Origin: a candidate division WOR-3 bacterium
Lineage (GTDB): Bacteria; Hydrothermota; Tepidihabitantia; SM23-42; JAOAFX01
NCBI GenBank assembly: GCA_039802265.1
Contig: JBDRWI010000061.1
Location: 501 to 13,339, forward strand
Direction of reading: 5' to 3'
DNA: 12,839 nt
Below are positions 1-6,540 of the stretch, in pieces. Under the pieces are notes generated by a model. That model was not told where the DNA came from. It worked only from the letters and a program-made list of their open reading frames with translations, and made no database searches. Position 1 is the first letter of the stretch, and each line of letters opens with the position of its first letter. Position numbers and translations under genes: made by a program.

Positions 1-536
1 GCAGGCACATAGACAACATTCGTATCAATGAGGAATTCACCGGTCCTTGAGTATTCATTTGTCTTTTCATTCTCTAACCGCGCAACATTACCGGTATAGC
101 GGGTAATCAGATGCTCACGCAATCGGTCCGAAGATTCCCATCTTTCTTCAAAATTCAACCCACGACCTGTCCCAGAAAAGATAATATCCCCATATTCAGT
201 ATGATAGATTACCTTACCATCTTTTATTACCGGGTTTCCTTTTATCGGAATAATCAAATCCTCAGCATCACCTTTCTTCTGCCTCGGCTTCAGAATCACA
301 CCCTGTTTGTCAAAGAATGCCTCATAGGCTCTATCCTTAATCACAATCCGGTCACCTTCCCTTATCGGATGGTGAGTGACCTTTTCAATCACTTCACCCA
401 CATTGAATGGGGTCTCAATCTCTTGCCCGAGACCATTGTTCTGGGCAAAGATAACCTGGGGGATGATTAAAAGGGCAAGGATTAAAACCAGAAATCCCTT
501 AACCATCCACTTTCTTATATTATGTAGCATAACCAT
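1..536 (-). CDS. Secreted protein, N-terminal part only (runs off the window); possibly a large surface or T9SS-type protein
   Basis: Not in the ORF track. Translated by hand from ATG at 536 (alternative ATG at 530), open to base 1: MVMLHNIRKWMVKGFLVLILALLIIPQVIFA-QNNGLGQEIETPFNV...GEFLIDTNVVYVPA. Has a Sec signal peptide ending IFA and a strong RBS (AAGGAGGT, 541-548). Confidence 0.85.
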   Translation of the reverse strand, partial: MVMLHNIRKWMVKGFLVLILALLIIPQVIFAQNNGLGQEIETPFNVGEVIEKVTHHPIREGDRIVIKDRAYEAFFDKQGVILKPRQKKGDAEDLIIPIKGNPVIKDGKVIYHTEYGDIIFSGTGRGLNFEERWESSDRLREHLITRYTGNVARLENEKTNEYSRTGEFLIDTNVVYVP

Positions 537-540
537 CTTA

Positions 541-561
541 ACCTCCTTTGATATATCAAAT
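541..561 (-). promoter_or_regulatory. RBS abutting a 14-bp perfect palindrome TTTGATATATCAAA (candidate operator), copy 1
   Basis: ACCTCCTTTGATATATCAAAT matches 3358-3378 at 20 of 21 nt. Confidence 0.55.
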
Positions 562-659
562 CCCTCTCCCCCTGTGGGAGAGGGCAAGGGTGAGGGGGTA
601 TTTTATCTTTCACCCCCACCTTTATCCGGGGGAATTAAAACTCCCATCAAGCGGGAGGA
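562..659. repeat. Inverted pair of CCCTCTCCC...GGGAGAGGG REP-like palindromic repeats
   Basis: 562-598 is CCCTCTCCCCCTGTGGGAGAGGGCAAGGGTGAGGGGG. A degenerate inverted partner lies at 611-659 (CACCCCCACCTTTATCC...CTCCCATCAAGCGGGAGGA). The reverse complement of the first copy matches 10937-10959 exactly over 23 nt. Confidence 0.8.
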
Positions 660-845
660 TAAAACTTACGAAATTTAATAATATTTTAAGCACCATAAAT
701 GGTGCATGTGCATTTTTTGAATCACCAATCAATCTTATAGCCCTTTTTCTAATCAACATTTTTATTCCTTTTTCGCGTCACCATAAGTCTTTCAAAAAGC
801 AGAATCCGGGTGTTCGCAGGCACACCCAAGCCCTTTTTGGTTAAA

Positions 846-881
846 CACCCTCACCGTCTCCTCTCCCATCAAGGACGGGAA
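846..881. repeat. Degenerate copy of the same REP-like repeat
   Basis: CACCCTCACCGTCTCCTCTCCCATCAAGGACGGGAA, similar to 611-659 and 10935-10970. Confidence 0.7.
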
Positions 882-892
882 GATATGAGGAT

Positions 893-912
893 TTTCTGCC
901 GATTTGAACGGC
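893..912 (+). repeat. 20-bp direct repeat, copy 1 (GCCG-N7-CGGC core)
   Basis: TTTCTGCCGATTTGAACGGC versus TTTCTGCCGATTAGAACGGC at 10851-10870. Confidence 0.7.
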
Positions 913-921
913 AATATGGCT

Positions 922-957
922 TATCTCGTCTATCTGGTCTTTCCGCTCTATCTCGTT
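922..957. repeat. Degenerate 9-nt tandem repeat, four units
   Basis: TATCTCGTC TATCTGGTC TTTCCGCTC TATCTCGTT. Confidence 0.65.
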
Positions 958-1076
958 TCATGATTTCCAATTACTAATTTCCCTTTTCTATTTGGGTTTT
1001 TCAACTTCCCGATGCCTTTGTCTGGACATTTATCCAGATTTTGCATACCCCTTTTGCCACAATATGGACAGAACAT
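948..1076 (-). pseudogene. Truncated zinc-ribbon protein gene (42 aa remnant)
   Basis: Hand translation: MFCPYCGKRGMQNLDKCPDKGIGKLKNPNRKGKLVIGNHETR*. Starts 8 nt after the upstream stop with an AGGGGG RBS. The first CxxC is intact and the second is broken (CPDK). Confidence 0.6.
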
Positions 1077-1084
1077 ACAACCCC

Positions 1085-2401
1085 CTATTTTAATAGTTTT
1101 GCAGATACAATGGTGGTTAATGCTGAAGCGAGATCATAGGAAATTCCTAACATTCCTGACAATTCACTTACAATTCCTTCATAGATTGACTCCCAGGCTT
1201 CATCGTAGCTTCCAAAATACCCGCTTTTAACTGAGGTAGATGACCGTTCATCAATATCTTTAGATAAATACTCTTTATAACACACCACCGCATAGAATTT
1301 CTGGAAGCGGTTTAATTTGCGGTATTCTTCAACACATTCATTATCACTTAATGGCATTCCCAGTCCTTCTTTCATAACCGCAATTGCACCTGATTGTGAA
1401 AGATTTTCAATCGCAATCGCCAGGGCATTTGCCTGAGACTCATCAAGTCCAAATTTAAGAATAGCACTGCCCACCTTCTGGGCTGAAACCCTCTGCAATC
1501 TCTTTCTGATTTCAGCGATTTTCTTTTCAGCCAATTTACGCTGGATTGCTTCAATTTTTGCATTCGCCGGTGCCGAGGCCCGAGCGAGCGGGTATTTTTC
1601 TTTTATTAGATTATAATCGGCAAGCGCATCTTCATACTTACCCTGTTCTTCTTTATTTTGTGCTCTGGTAAACAAGTTCTCTGCCTCATTCTCATAATCC
1701 CGCACCTGATTTACAAAATTGTTTGGAATCAAGGTCTTCGTTGTAATACCCTCGTAATCAATCTTCAAAATTAAATTGCTGTCCCCTGGGGTAGATGTAT
1801 AAAAATCCCGAATGTCCAGGAGGGTAATCCCTTTTTCATCGGTCTGTAATGGATAGCCCTTTGTTTCAATAGGGGTAAATACTGAAACAGTCTTTTTTGA
1901 CAGTGGTTGCTTATCTTTATACACCGTATCACTTCCTATCACCGTTTCCTTTTTCCAGTATTTTGGCGAAGAGGGGAATTCATCTGCCCCGACCATAGCA
2001 CCAAGAAAACTAAAGCCAGCACCTAATAGTCCAAATACTCTCGCTGGATACCATTTGCCACTTGTATCCTCAACCGCATAATCCCACCACTTTATTGCAG
2101 CCCACACACAGAGCCCTCCAAACCCAACTAACGCAAGGCGATTTCGCCACTGATAACTGGTTTTGTAATGTTCAGTCACTTTCTTCTGATATAGTTTTTC
2201 AGTCGTTAAATTAAGGGTGATCTTCGGTTCAAATCTGTCCTTGGGTAGATCTACACTGCAACCCAATCTTAACTTCAAAGGGCTCACAGGTTCGTAATCG
2301 GATTCAGTCTTAACAAGATGCGTTGTCGCACAATTATTAACGAGGAGAATCAGGAGAAACAGAAAGGATAACTCTTTCGCTCTTAAAGATTGTGTATCCA
2401 T
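1085..2401 (-). CDS. Probable lipoprotein with two internal TM helices and a TPR-like helical region (438 aa)
   Basis: Hydrophobic leader ending LVNN-C24. TM segments LALVGFGGLCVWAAI and VFGLLGAGFSFLGAMV. TPR-like motif LFTRAQNKEEQGKYEDALADYNLIKEKYP. RBS GAAGGGGG. Confidence 0.85.
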   Translation of the reverse strand: MDTQSLRAKELSFLFLLILLVNNCATTHLVKTESDYEPVSPLKLRLGCSVDLPKDRFEPKITLNLTTEKLYQKKVTEHYKTSYQWRNRLALVGFGGLCVWAAIKWWDYAVEDTSGKWYPARVFGLLGAGFSFLGAMVGADEFPSSPKYWKKETVIGSDTVYKDKQPLSKKTVSVFTPIETKGYPLQTDEKGITLLDIRDFYTSTPGDSNLILKIDYEGITTKTLIPNNFVNQVRDYENEAENLFTRAQNKEEQGKYEDALADYNLIKEKYPLARASAPANAKIEAIQRKLAEKKIAEIRKRLQRVSAQKVGSAILKFGLDESQANALAIAIENLSQSGAIAVMKEGLGMPLSDNECVEEYRKLNRFQKFYAVVCYKEYLSKDIDERSSTSVKSGYFGSYDEAWESIYEGIVSELSGMLGISYDLASALTTIVSAKLLK

Positions 2402-2459
2402 TGGACCCCCTTCATCTGGTTTATTTTTAAAGTCTAAAGCAAAGGTCAGGGATTGCTTT

Positions 2460-3353
2460 TTATTTCTCCTTTTCTAACAGTGCCTGCAATGTCCGGGTAT
2501 TCCGCTCAATTGCAAGGAAGCATAAAAACAGACCGATTATTGCAACGCCGACGAATCCTGCACCGAGCATTCGCAGAGATTGAGTTAAGCCTTTTGCCTT
2601 CTTTGCCTTTGCCTGCAGGTATTTCATTTCTGCTACAGACTGCCTTGATTCATATTCCTCTTCGGCATCTCGGATTTCGCGCCTTCTTGCCTTTTCTTTT
2701 TGTGTCCTCAAATCTGCCCAGGCCTCAAGTGCCTTGCCCCGGTCATTTACTGCAATTACGGGGATTATGCCTAATATCTCTTTTACTGCATTAATCTTTT
2801 GCTCCATCTGGTCATAAAGGGCAAGGACCTTATTCAAATGACGATCAAGTCCTAATTTTATTATCCGCTCTTCATAGATCGGATTGCCCCAGTAATCGGT
2901 TCTAATTTGCACCCGTCCTCTAACCGTTGCCCAGGTGTAAAGCGACTCGGGAAAATAGGATTTTAATGTATCAATCCTGGCATCAAGGGCTAATTTGAGC
3001 GGGTCTGGTGGCGGTGGTGGTGGGGCAGGCTTTGCCTCCTCTGTTGGTTTTGGCGTCTCCGGCGCCTTTGCTACTTCAGGTGGTTTTTCAACCTTTGGAG
3101 CAGGTGGCGGTGGTGGTTTAATTGCTTCCTGGACATCGGCAAGGCTTACTGTTATTTCTGGTGGCATCTTTGGTTTTGCCACACCTTCTTTTATCGGTGG
3201 GATTATGTTATATAAAAATAGAATCACCGCAATAACAAATCCCACACCCGCAATGATACAGAGGACCCAGAAGAAGATTCTTGAAACGACAAAGACAATC
3301 TTCTTCTCCAGGAGTTCAAAGGGTCCTTTTTTGGTTTGTTGTGTATTAGCCAT
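2460..3353 (-). CDS. Two-TM membrane protein with Pro-rich linker and coiled coil (297 aa)
   Basis: Start reassigned to ATG 3353 (MANTQQ), which has an AAGGAGGT RBS. N- and C-terminal TM helices, PPPPPAPK and PAPPPPPPDP tracts, and a charged helical region. Confidence 0.85.
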   Translation of the reverse strand: MANTQQTKKGPFELLEKKIVFVVSRIFFWVLCIIAGVGFVIAVILFLYNIIPPIKEGVAKPKMPPEITVSLADVQEAIKPPPPPAPKVEKPPEVAKAPETPKPTEEAKPAPPPPPPDPLKLALDARIDTLKSYFPESLYTWATVRGRVQIRTDYWGNPIYEERIIKLGLDRHLNKVLALYDQMEQKINAVKEILGIIPVIAVNDRGKALEAWADLRTQKEKARRREIRDAEEEYESRQSVAEMKYLQAKAKKAKGLTQSLRMLGAGFVGVAIIGLFLCFLAIERNTRTLQALLEKEK

Positions 3354-3357
3354 TTTG

Positions 3358-3378
3358 ACCTCCTTGGATATATCAAAT
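3358..3378 (-). promoter_or_regulatory. RBS plus near-palindrome TTGGATATATCAAA, copy 2
   Basis: ACCTCCTTGGATATATCAAAT matches 541-561 at 20 of 21 nt. Confidence 0.55.
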
Positions 3379-3389
3379 AAAAGGGTAAA

Positions 3390-3432
3390 AGGGCTCAAAA
3401 AGGCTTGGGAAGTGAAAGATGGCTTGAGCCCT
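3390..3432 (-). terminator. Stem-loop followed by T-runs on the minus strand (terminator or attenuator candidate)
   Basis: Arms AGGGCTCAA / TTGAGCCCT, followed on the minus strand by TTTACCCTTTTATTT. The loop is large (about 25 nt). Confidence 0.35.
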
Positions 3433-3470
3433 GTTTAGCCCTTTATCTTTTTTTGCTTTAACATAAGTTT

Positions 3471-3575
3471 AAAGGGCAATTGAAGGCAGTTTAGTGGGAT
3501 AGAAGAGGCAAAAGCCATTGTGCGATAAATCGCAACGCTACATTCCCTGCCTTTAACTGCCTTCAACTGCCCTTT
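3471..3575. repeat. Element with 21-bp terminal inverted repeats enclosing a GTAG-palindrome (REP-like) core
   Basis: AAAGGGCAATTGAAGGCAGTT (3471-3491) pairs with AACTGCCTTCAACTGCCCTTT (3555-3575) with one mismatch. The minus-strand core is GTAGCGTTGCGATTTATCGCAC (3520-3541). Confidence 0.7.
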
Positions 3576-3622
3576 TGTGTCTTTGTTCAGAGTAACTCTG
3601 TCCCGACGATTTGCCATTTCTC

Positions 3623-4867
3623 TCAATGAATGCCGATGCCAAAGGTCCAAGCAGAATAACTTCTAAGGTCATCTGTAAGCATTATATGGTGTCGCATACC
3701 GGCAGTAAGTGAGAGATTCTTAAAGAGGTAGTATTTTATCCCCCAGGAGATGGGCATCTCTAACTCAAAGCCATCCCAGCCACCACGCCAGGTGGCATGA
3801 AAGACTGTATAACCGATACCAATCCCTGCGTATTCAAATAGTTTTACGGGCATTATCTTTGCGAGTAAACCTTCGCTATCAAACCAGAGATTGAAGGACA
3901 GATTAAATAGCTGTTTGTCGTCAAAATTGAGGTGTAGCGATGGTGCGAGACTTATAAAACTGCCTCCGGTCTTCGTATAGTAGAATAGCAAAAGTGGACC
4001 CCACTGGAAATTATTTGCACCCCTGAATTTAGTTACTTCTAACTTTGGCATTTCAAGACCAGGTGCCCGTCCTGGAGCAAATGCGGCAGGTGGAACAGGA
4101 TATGGATAATAAGGATAATACGGCGTGGTGGGCGCCGCGCCTGGAACAGGAGCCGGCGCTATTGCCTGCTCAACCAAAGCACGATTTGGCAGGGTATGCG
4201 GGTACTGGGTCAGTTTCTTCTCACCGAGCGTAAGCAAAAGGTCAGGCGGAATGGTATCAATCGCAACACCGGTGACATAATCGCTCCAGATAATATCTCC
4301 GGTATGGGCATTGATAACCCGCACTCCAAGATGGGTCTCAGCCCGACGCTCAAGCATCCCTTGCATAATTGTTCCACCACCAAAGATGCAACCACCTCCC
4401 TTACCCGCCTCAACCATAATCGGTTCAATGCCTTTTATACCACAGTCTAAGACCCTATAGGCAACAATCTTTGTCGCTTTTTGTATTGGTGATTCAGCAA
4501 GCATATTGGGGCTCCAAAGGGAATCAATTATCCAGGAGTATCTATAACCTGTTTCTGAGTAGAGGCGCTTTAGCATATCCGGGTCACGCTCAACCGTAGT
4601 GATATTCTTTTTGGCAAATTTCTCAAGGAGATTATCTTCTATCAGGTAGTTCACCGGCGAATCAAGTGCCTTGCCAAATTCAAGGCTCCATATAGCAACA
4701 GTGTCATTTGTAGAAAAATAGGTCATCGGAATGTTTACATTTCTAATTGACGCTGCGATTGCTTCATTATGTGTGGGGTAAGATGGTTTTCTTATCTCTT
4801 TTAAGACTGGTTGGGTGCAGGAAACAATGATTAAAGTTAAAATGGGTAAAAGTCTTATGGTTTTCAT
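3623..4867 (-). CDS. Lipoprotein with CsgG/HfaB-like domain, Pro/Tyr-rich linker and probable C-terminal outer-membrane beta-barrel (414 aa)
   Basis: Lipobox IVS-C17. Motifs TTVERD and VRVINAHTGDIIW are typical of the CsgG/TolB_N-like fold. C-terminal amphipathic strands end in WTFGIGIH. RBS GAGGTG. Confidence 0.75.
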   Translation of the reverse strand: MKTIRLLPILTLIIVSCTQPVLKEIRKPSYPTHNEAIAASIRNVNIPMTYFSTNDTVAIWSLEFGKALDSPVNYLIEDNLLEKFAKKNITTVERDPDMLKRLYSETGYRYSWIIDSLWSPNMLAESPIQKATKIVAYRVLDCGIKGIEPIMVEAGKGGGCIFGGGTIMQGMLERRAETHLGVRVINAHTGDIIWSDYVTGVAIDTIPPDLLLTLGEKKLTQYPHTLPNRALVEQAIAPAPVPGAAPTTPYYPYYPYPVPPAAFAPGRAPGLEMPKLEVTKFRGANNFQWGPLLLFYYTKTGGSFISLAPSLHLNFDDKQLFNLSFNLWFDSEGLLAKIMPVKLFEYAGIGIGYTVFHATWRGGWDGFELEMPISWGIKYYLFKNLSLTAGMRHHIMLTDDLRSYSAWTFGIGIH

Positions 4868-4875
4868 TTTTCACC

Positions 4876-5469
4876 TCACTTTACATTGGGCATTGCATTA
4901 TCATAAAATATCAGGGGCAACGGCTCAAGTTTTCCTATCATACTTGGCGGAATCTGGTCCTCATACTTACCTTCAACCCGACCGAGCCAAAGAATATTTC
5001 CTTTCTTAGCATCCTCAAGCCTAATATGGAGAATAGCCGATGCCCGGCGAATCAGCGCACCACCTGCAGAGGGCACAAATTCAATACCGCAATCTAAGAC
5101 CCGATAGGTGACAATTTTGGATGCAGTTGCAAGGTTGGTACCGGGTATTGAACTTCCGCTCTCAAGCAATAAGCCGGGCAGGAGCTTTGTGTTCCTTTCC
5201 ACCGGAATTGCCCCTTTCTCCGAGATTTTCTTTATCAGGCGGTCTTCAATGAGATAATTTATCGGGTAGTCCCTGGACTTTTCGGTCTCAATATTTATCA
5301 GGGCAATCCTCTCGCCTGCCCTGATGAGAGTCCAGGGTATTTCAATCTTCTCTATCGCCTTTATGATTGCCTCGGTATTGGTCGGTGGTATTACCGGCTT
5401 CTCCACCACCGCCGGGGCACAGGCGAGGAAGATTGAAGTTATGAGTAATGAGAATAAAAGCACTTTCAT
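4876..5469 (-). CDS. CsgG/HfaB-like lipoprotein, paralog of the downstream gene (197 aa)
   Basis: Lipobox FLA-C17. Shares NYLIED, VER, KIVxYRVLDCGI, RRA, GxIxW and DxIPP motifs with the 414-aa protein. RBS AAGGAG. Confidence 0.8.
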   Translation of the reverse strand: MKVLLFSLLITSIFLACAPAVVEKPVIPPTNTEAIIKAIEKIEIPWTLIRAGERIALINIETEKSRDYPINYLIEDRLIKKISEKGAIPVERNTKLLPGLLLESGSSIPGTNLATASKIVTYRVLDCGIEFVPSAGGALIRRASAILHIRLEDAKKGNILWLGRVEGKYEDQIPPSMIGKLEPLPLIFYDNAMPNVK

Positions 5470-5486
5470 AGAACACTCCTTTACTT

Positions 5487-5534
5487 TTATTTAAATCCTC
5501 TCCATTTAAGAGAGTGATAGGTGAACGTCTTCAT
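5487..5534 (-). other. 15-aa small ORF or gene stub with a good RBS (MKTFTYHSLKWRGFK)
   Basis: GAGGAGTGTT-ATGAAG nearly duplicates the start region of the next gene (AAGGAGTGTTCT-ATGAAA). Confidence 0.4.
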
Positions 5535-5548
5535 AACACTCCTCTTAG

Positions 5549-5580
5549 GAAGGGCTCGGGCAAAATTGCCCGAGCCCTTC
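5549..5580. terminator. GC-rich 15-bp stem-loop just after the lipoprotein stop codon
   Basis: GAAGGGCTCGGGCAA-AA-TTGCCCGAGCCCTTC is a perfect inverted repeat. There is no U-tract on the minus strand, so it may stabilise mRNA rather than terminate. Confidence 0.6.
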
Positions 5581-5585
5581 TTATA

Positions 5586-6368
5586 TTACCTCATCAACTC
5601 CAGAATCTCCTTTGCTTCATCATTATATGGTGCGACCCATTGGAGATAGCCCTTGATGAGCTCCTTATGAGTCCTTGGTTTTCTTTCGGGTATCTTCATC
5701 TTGGCAGGTGTCCCAACAACCACATCCTTATCCCTGCCATTCATACCAATCCAGAATCCTTTGGCACCGCTGATATTACCCTTTGAACCAGCCTCAATCT
5801 TTGGTCCATTACCAGCAAAGACATCTATATCCAGATAGCCACTATGGTCAAGCCAGCCGGAGAGCGTAACGGATGTTTCTTCAGTATACAAAGTCGTGTC
5901 CTTAGAATAATAATTATACCCATCATACCAGTAAAGGTACAAACCAACCATATACCAATCAGCCTCGCCCGCAGTTGACCAGGAAACAGTTAGACTACCA
6001 GTAGGAATTGAATCTCCCGGGCTTGTAATACTGAATGCACCAGGCAAACGGCAGGTTGCATTCGCATCACCAACATTGGTCTTGACTTCAAGTTTGTATT
6101 CGTTGGCCGGTGAAGGACATACGGTATCCTCAAACCAGTAGTCATAGTCCTGTCCAAAATCGGTTTCAATGTCAGCGGTCTTGCCATTTATCTTCACACT
6201 CATTGTATCAAGGATTGGGTCGCACAAAAGATAGCCATATACTCCGCCATACACATCACCATCTTCGTCTTCTATTCTTGCTGGGCCACCGTAGATATAA
6301 AGATTCACCTTCTTACCGCAGCCCAGAAAGAGCACAAATATCATTGCACAGAATATTATTTTCTTCAT
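5586..6368 (-). CDS. Lipoprotein, beta-rich (Ig/FN3-like, reminiscent of DUF4249) (260 aa)
   Basis: Lipobox FLG-C17. Contains YKLEVKT and LTVSWS...ADWYMV FN3-like patterns. RBS AAAGGAG. Confidence 0.85.
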   Translation of the reverse strand: MKKIIFCAMIFVLFLGCGKKVNLYIYGGPARIEDEDGDVYGGVYGYLLCDPILDTMSVKINGKTADIETDFGQDYDYWFEDTVCPSPANEYKLEVKTNVGDANATCRLPGAFSITSPGDSIPTGSLTVSWSTAGEADWYMVGLYLYWYDGYNYYSKDTTLYTEETSVTLSGWLDHSGYLDIDVFAGNGPKIEAGSKGNISGAKGFWIGMNGRDKDVVVGTPAKMKIPERKPRTHKELIKGYLQWVAPYNDEAKEILELMR

Positions 6369-6395
6369 TTTTCTCCTTTCGTTGTTTTACTTCAT

Positions 6396-6466
6396 AAAAC
6401 CACAGATCGACACGGATTCACACAGATATTTTTTTTATCTTATCACCGTGTCTCTGTGTTGGTTTT
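6396..6466. repeat. Degenerate CACAGAT tandem/inverted repeat element
   Basis: AAAACCACAGATCGACACGGATTCACACAGAT ... ATCTTATCACCGTGTCTCTGTGTTGGTTTT, with 10-nt periodicity and imperfect complementarity. Confidence 0.5.
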
Positions 6467-6485
6467 CCCTTTTGTTTATTGCCAT
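6435..6485 (-). other. 16-aa small ORF or gene stub with a very strong RBS (MAINKRENQHRDTVIR)
   Basis: AAAGGAGGTG lies 5 nt before ATG 6485. The ORF runs into the CACAGAT repeat element and stops at 6435. Confidence 0.4.
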
Positions 6486-6540
6486 CGCATCACCTCCTTT
6501 GTTTTATTAAATTTTAATTTAGCCCAAATCAAAAAGTCCA

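Noticed and set aside
111..844. Plus-strand ORFs 111-470, 376-678 and 548-844
   Set aside because: They are shadows of the real minus-strand gene (536 to <1) or translations of the REP-like repeat (PSPPVGEGKGEG, LWERARVRG).
893..912. GCCGAT as a sigma-28 -10 box
   Set aside because: It points against the genes, and neither copy has a TAAA -35 at the right spacing.
2995..3438. Gly-rich plus-strand ORF
   Set aside because: It is the antisense of the Pro-rich codons of the 297-aa gene.
3456..3483. TTATGTTAAA on the minus strand, resembling the XerD arm of a dif site
   Set aside because: There is no XerC-like arm (..CATAA) 6 nt away.
3585..3620. GGCAAA...GGGAC on the minus strand, resembling a c-di-GMP-I riboswitch
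   Set aside because: It lacks the GAAA-capped P2 stem and the following GCAAA motif.
3435..3650. 71-aa minus-strand ORF (or MANRRD start at 3616)
   Set aside because: The RBS is weak and the ORF is mostly a translation of the inverted-repeat element. It could be another stub, but support is insufficient.
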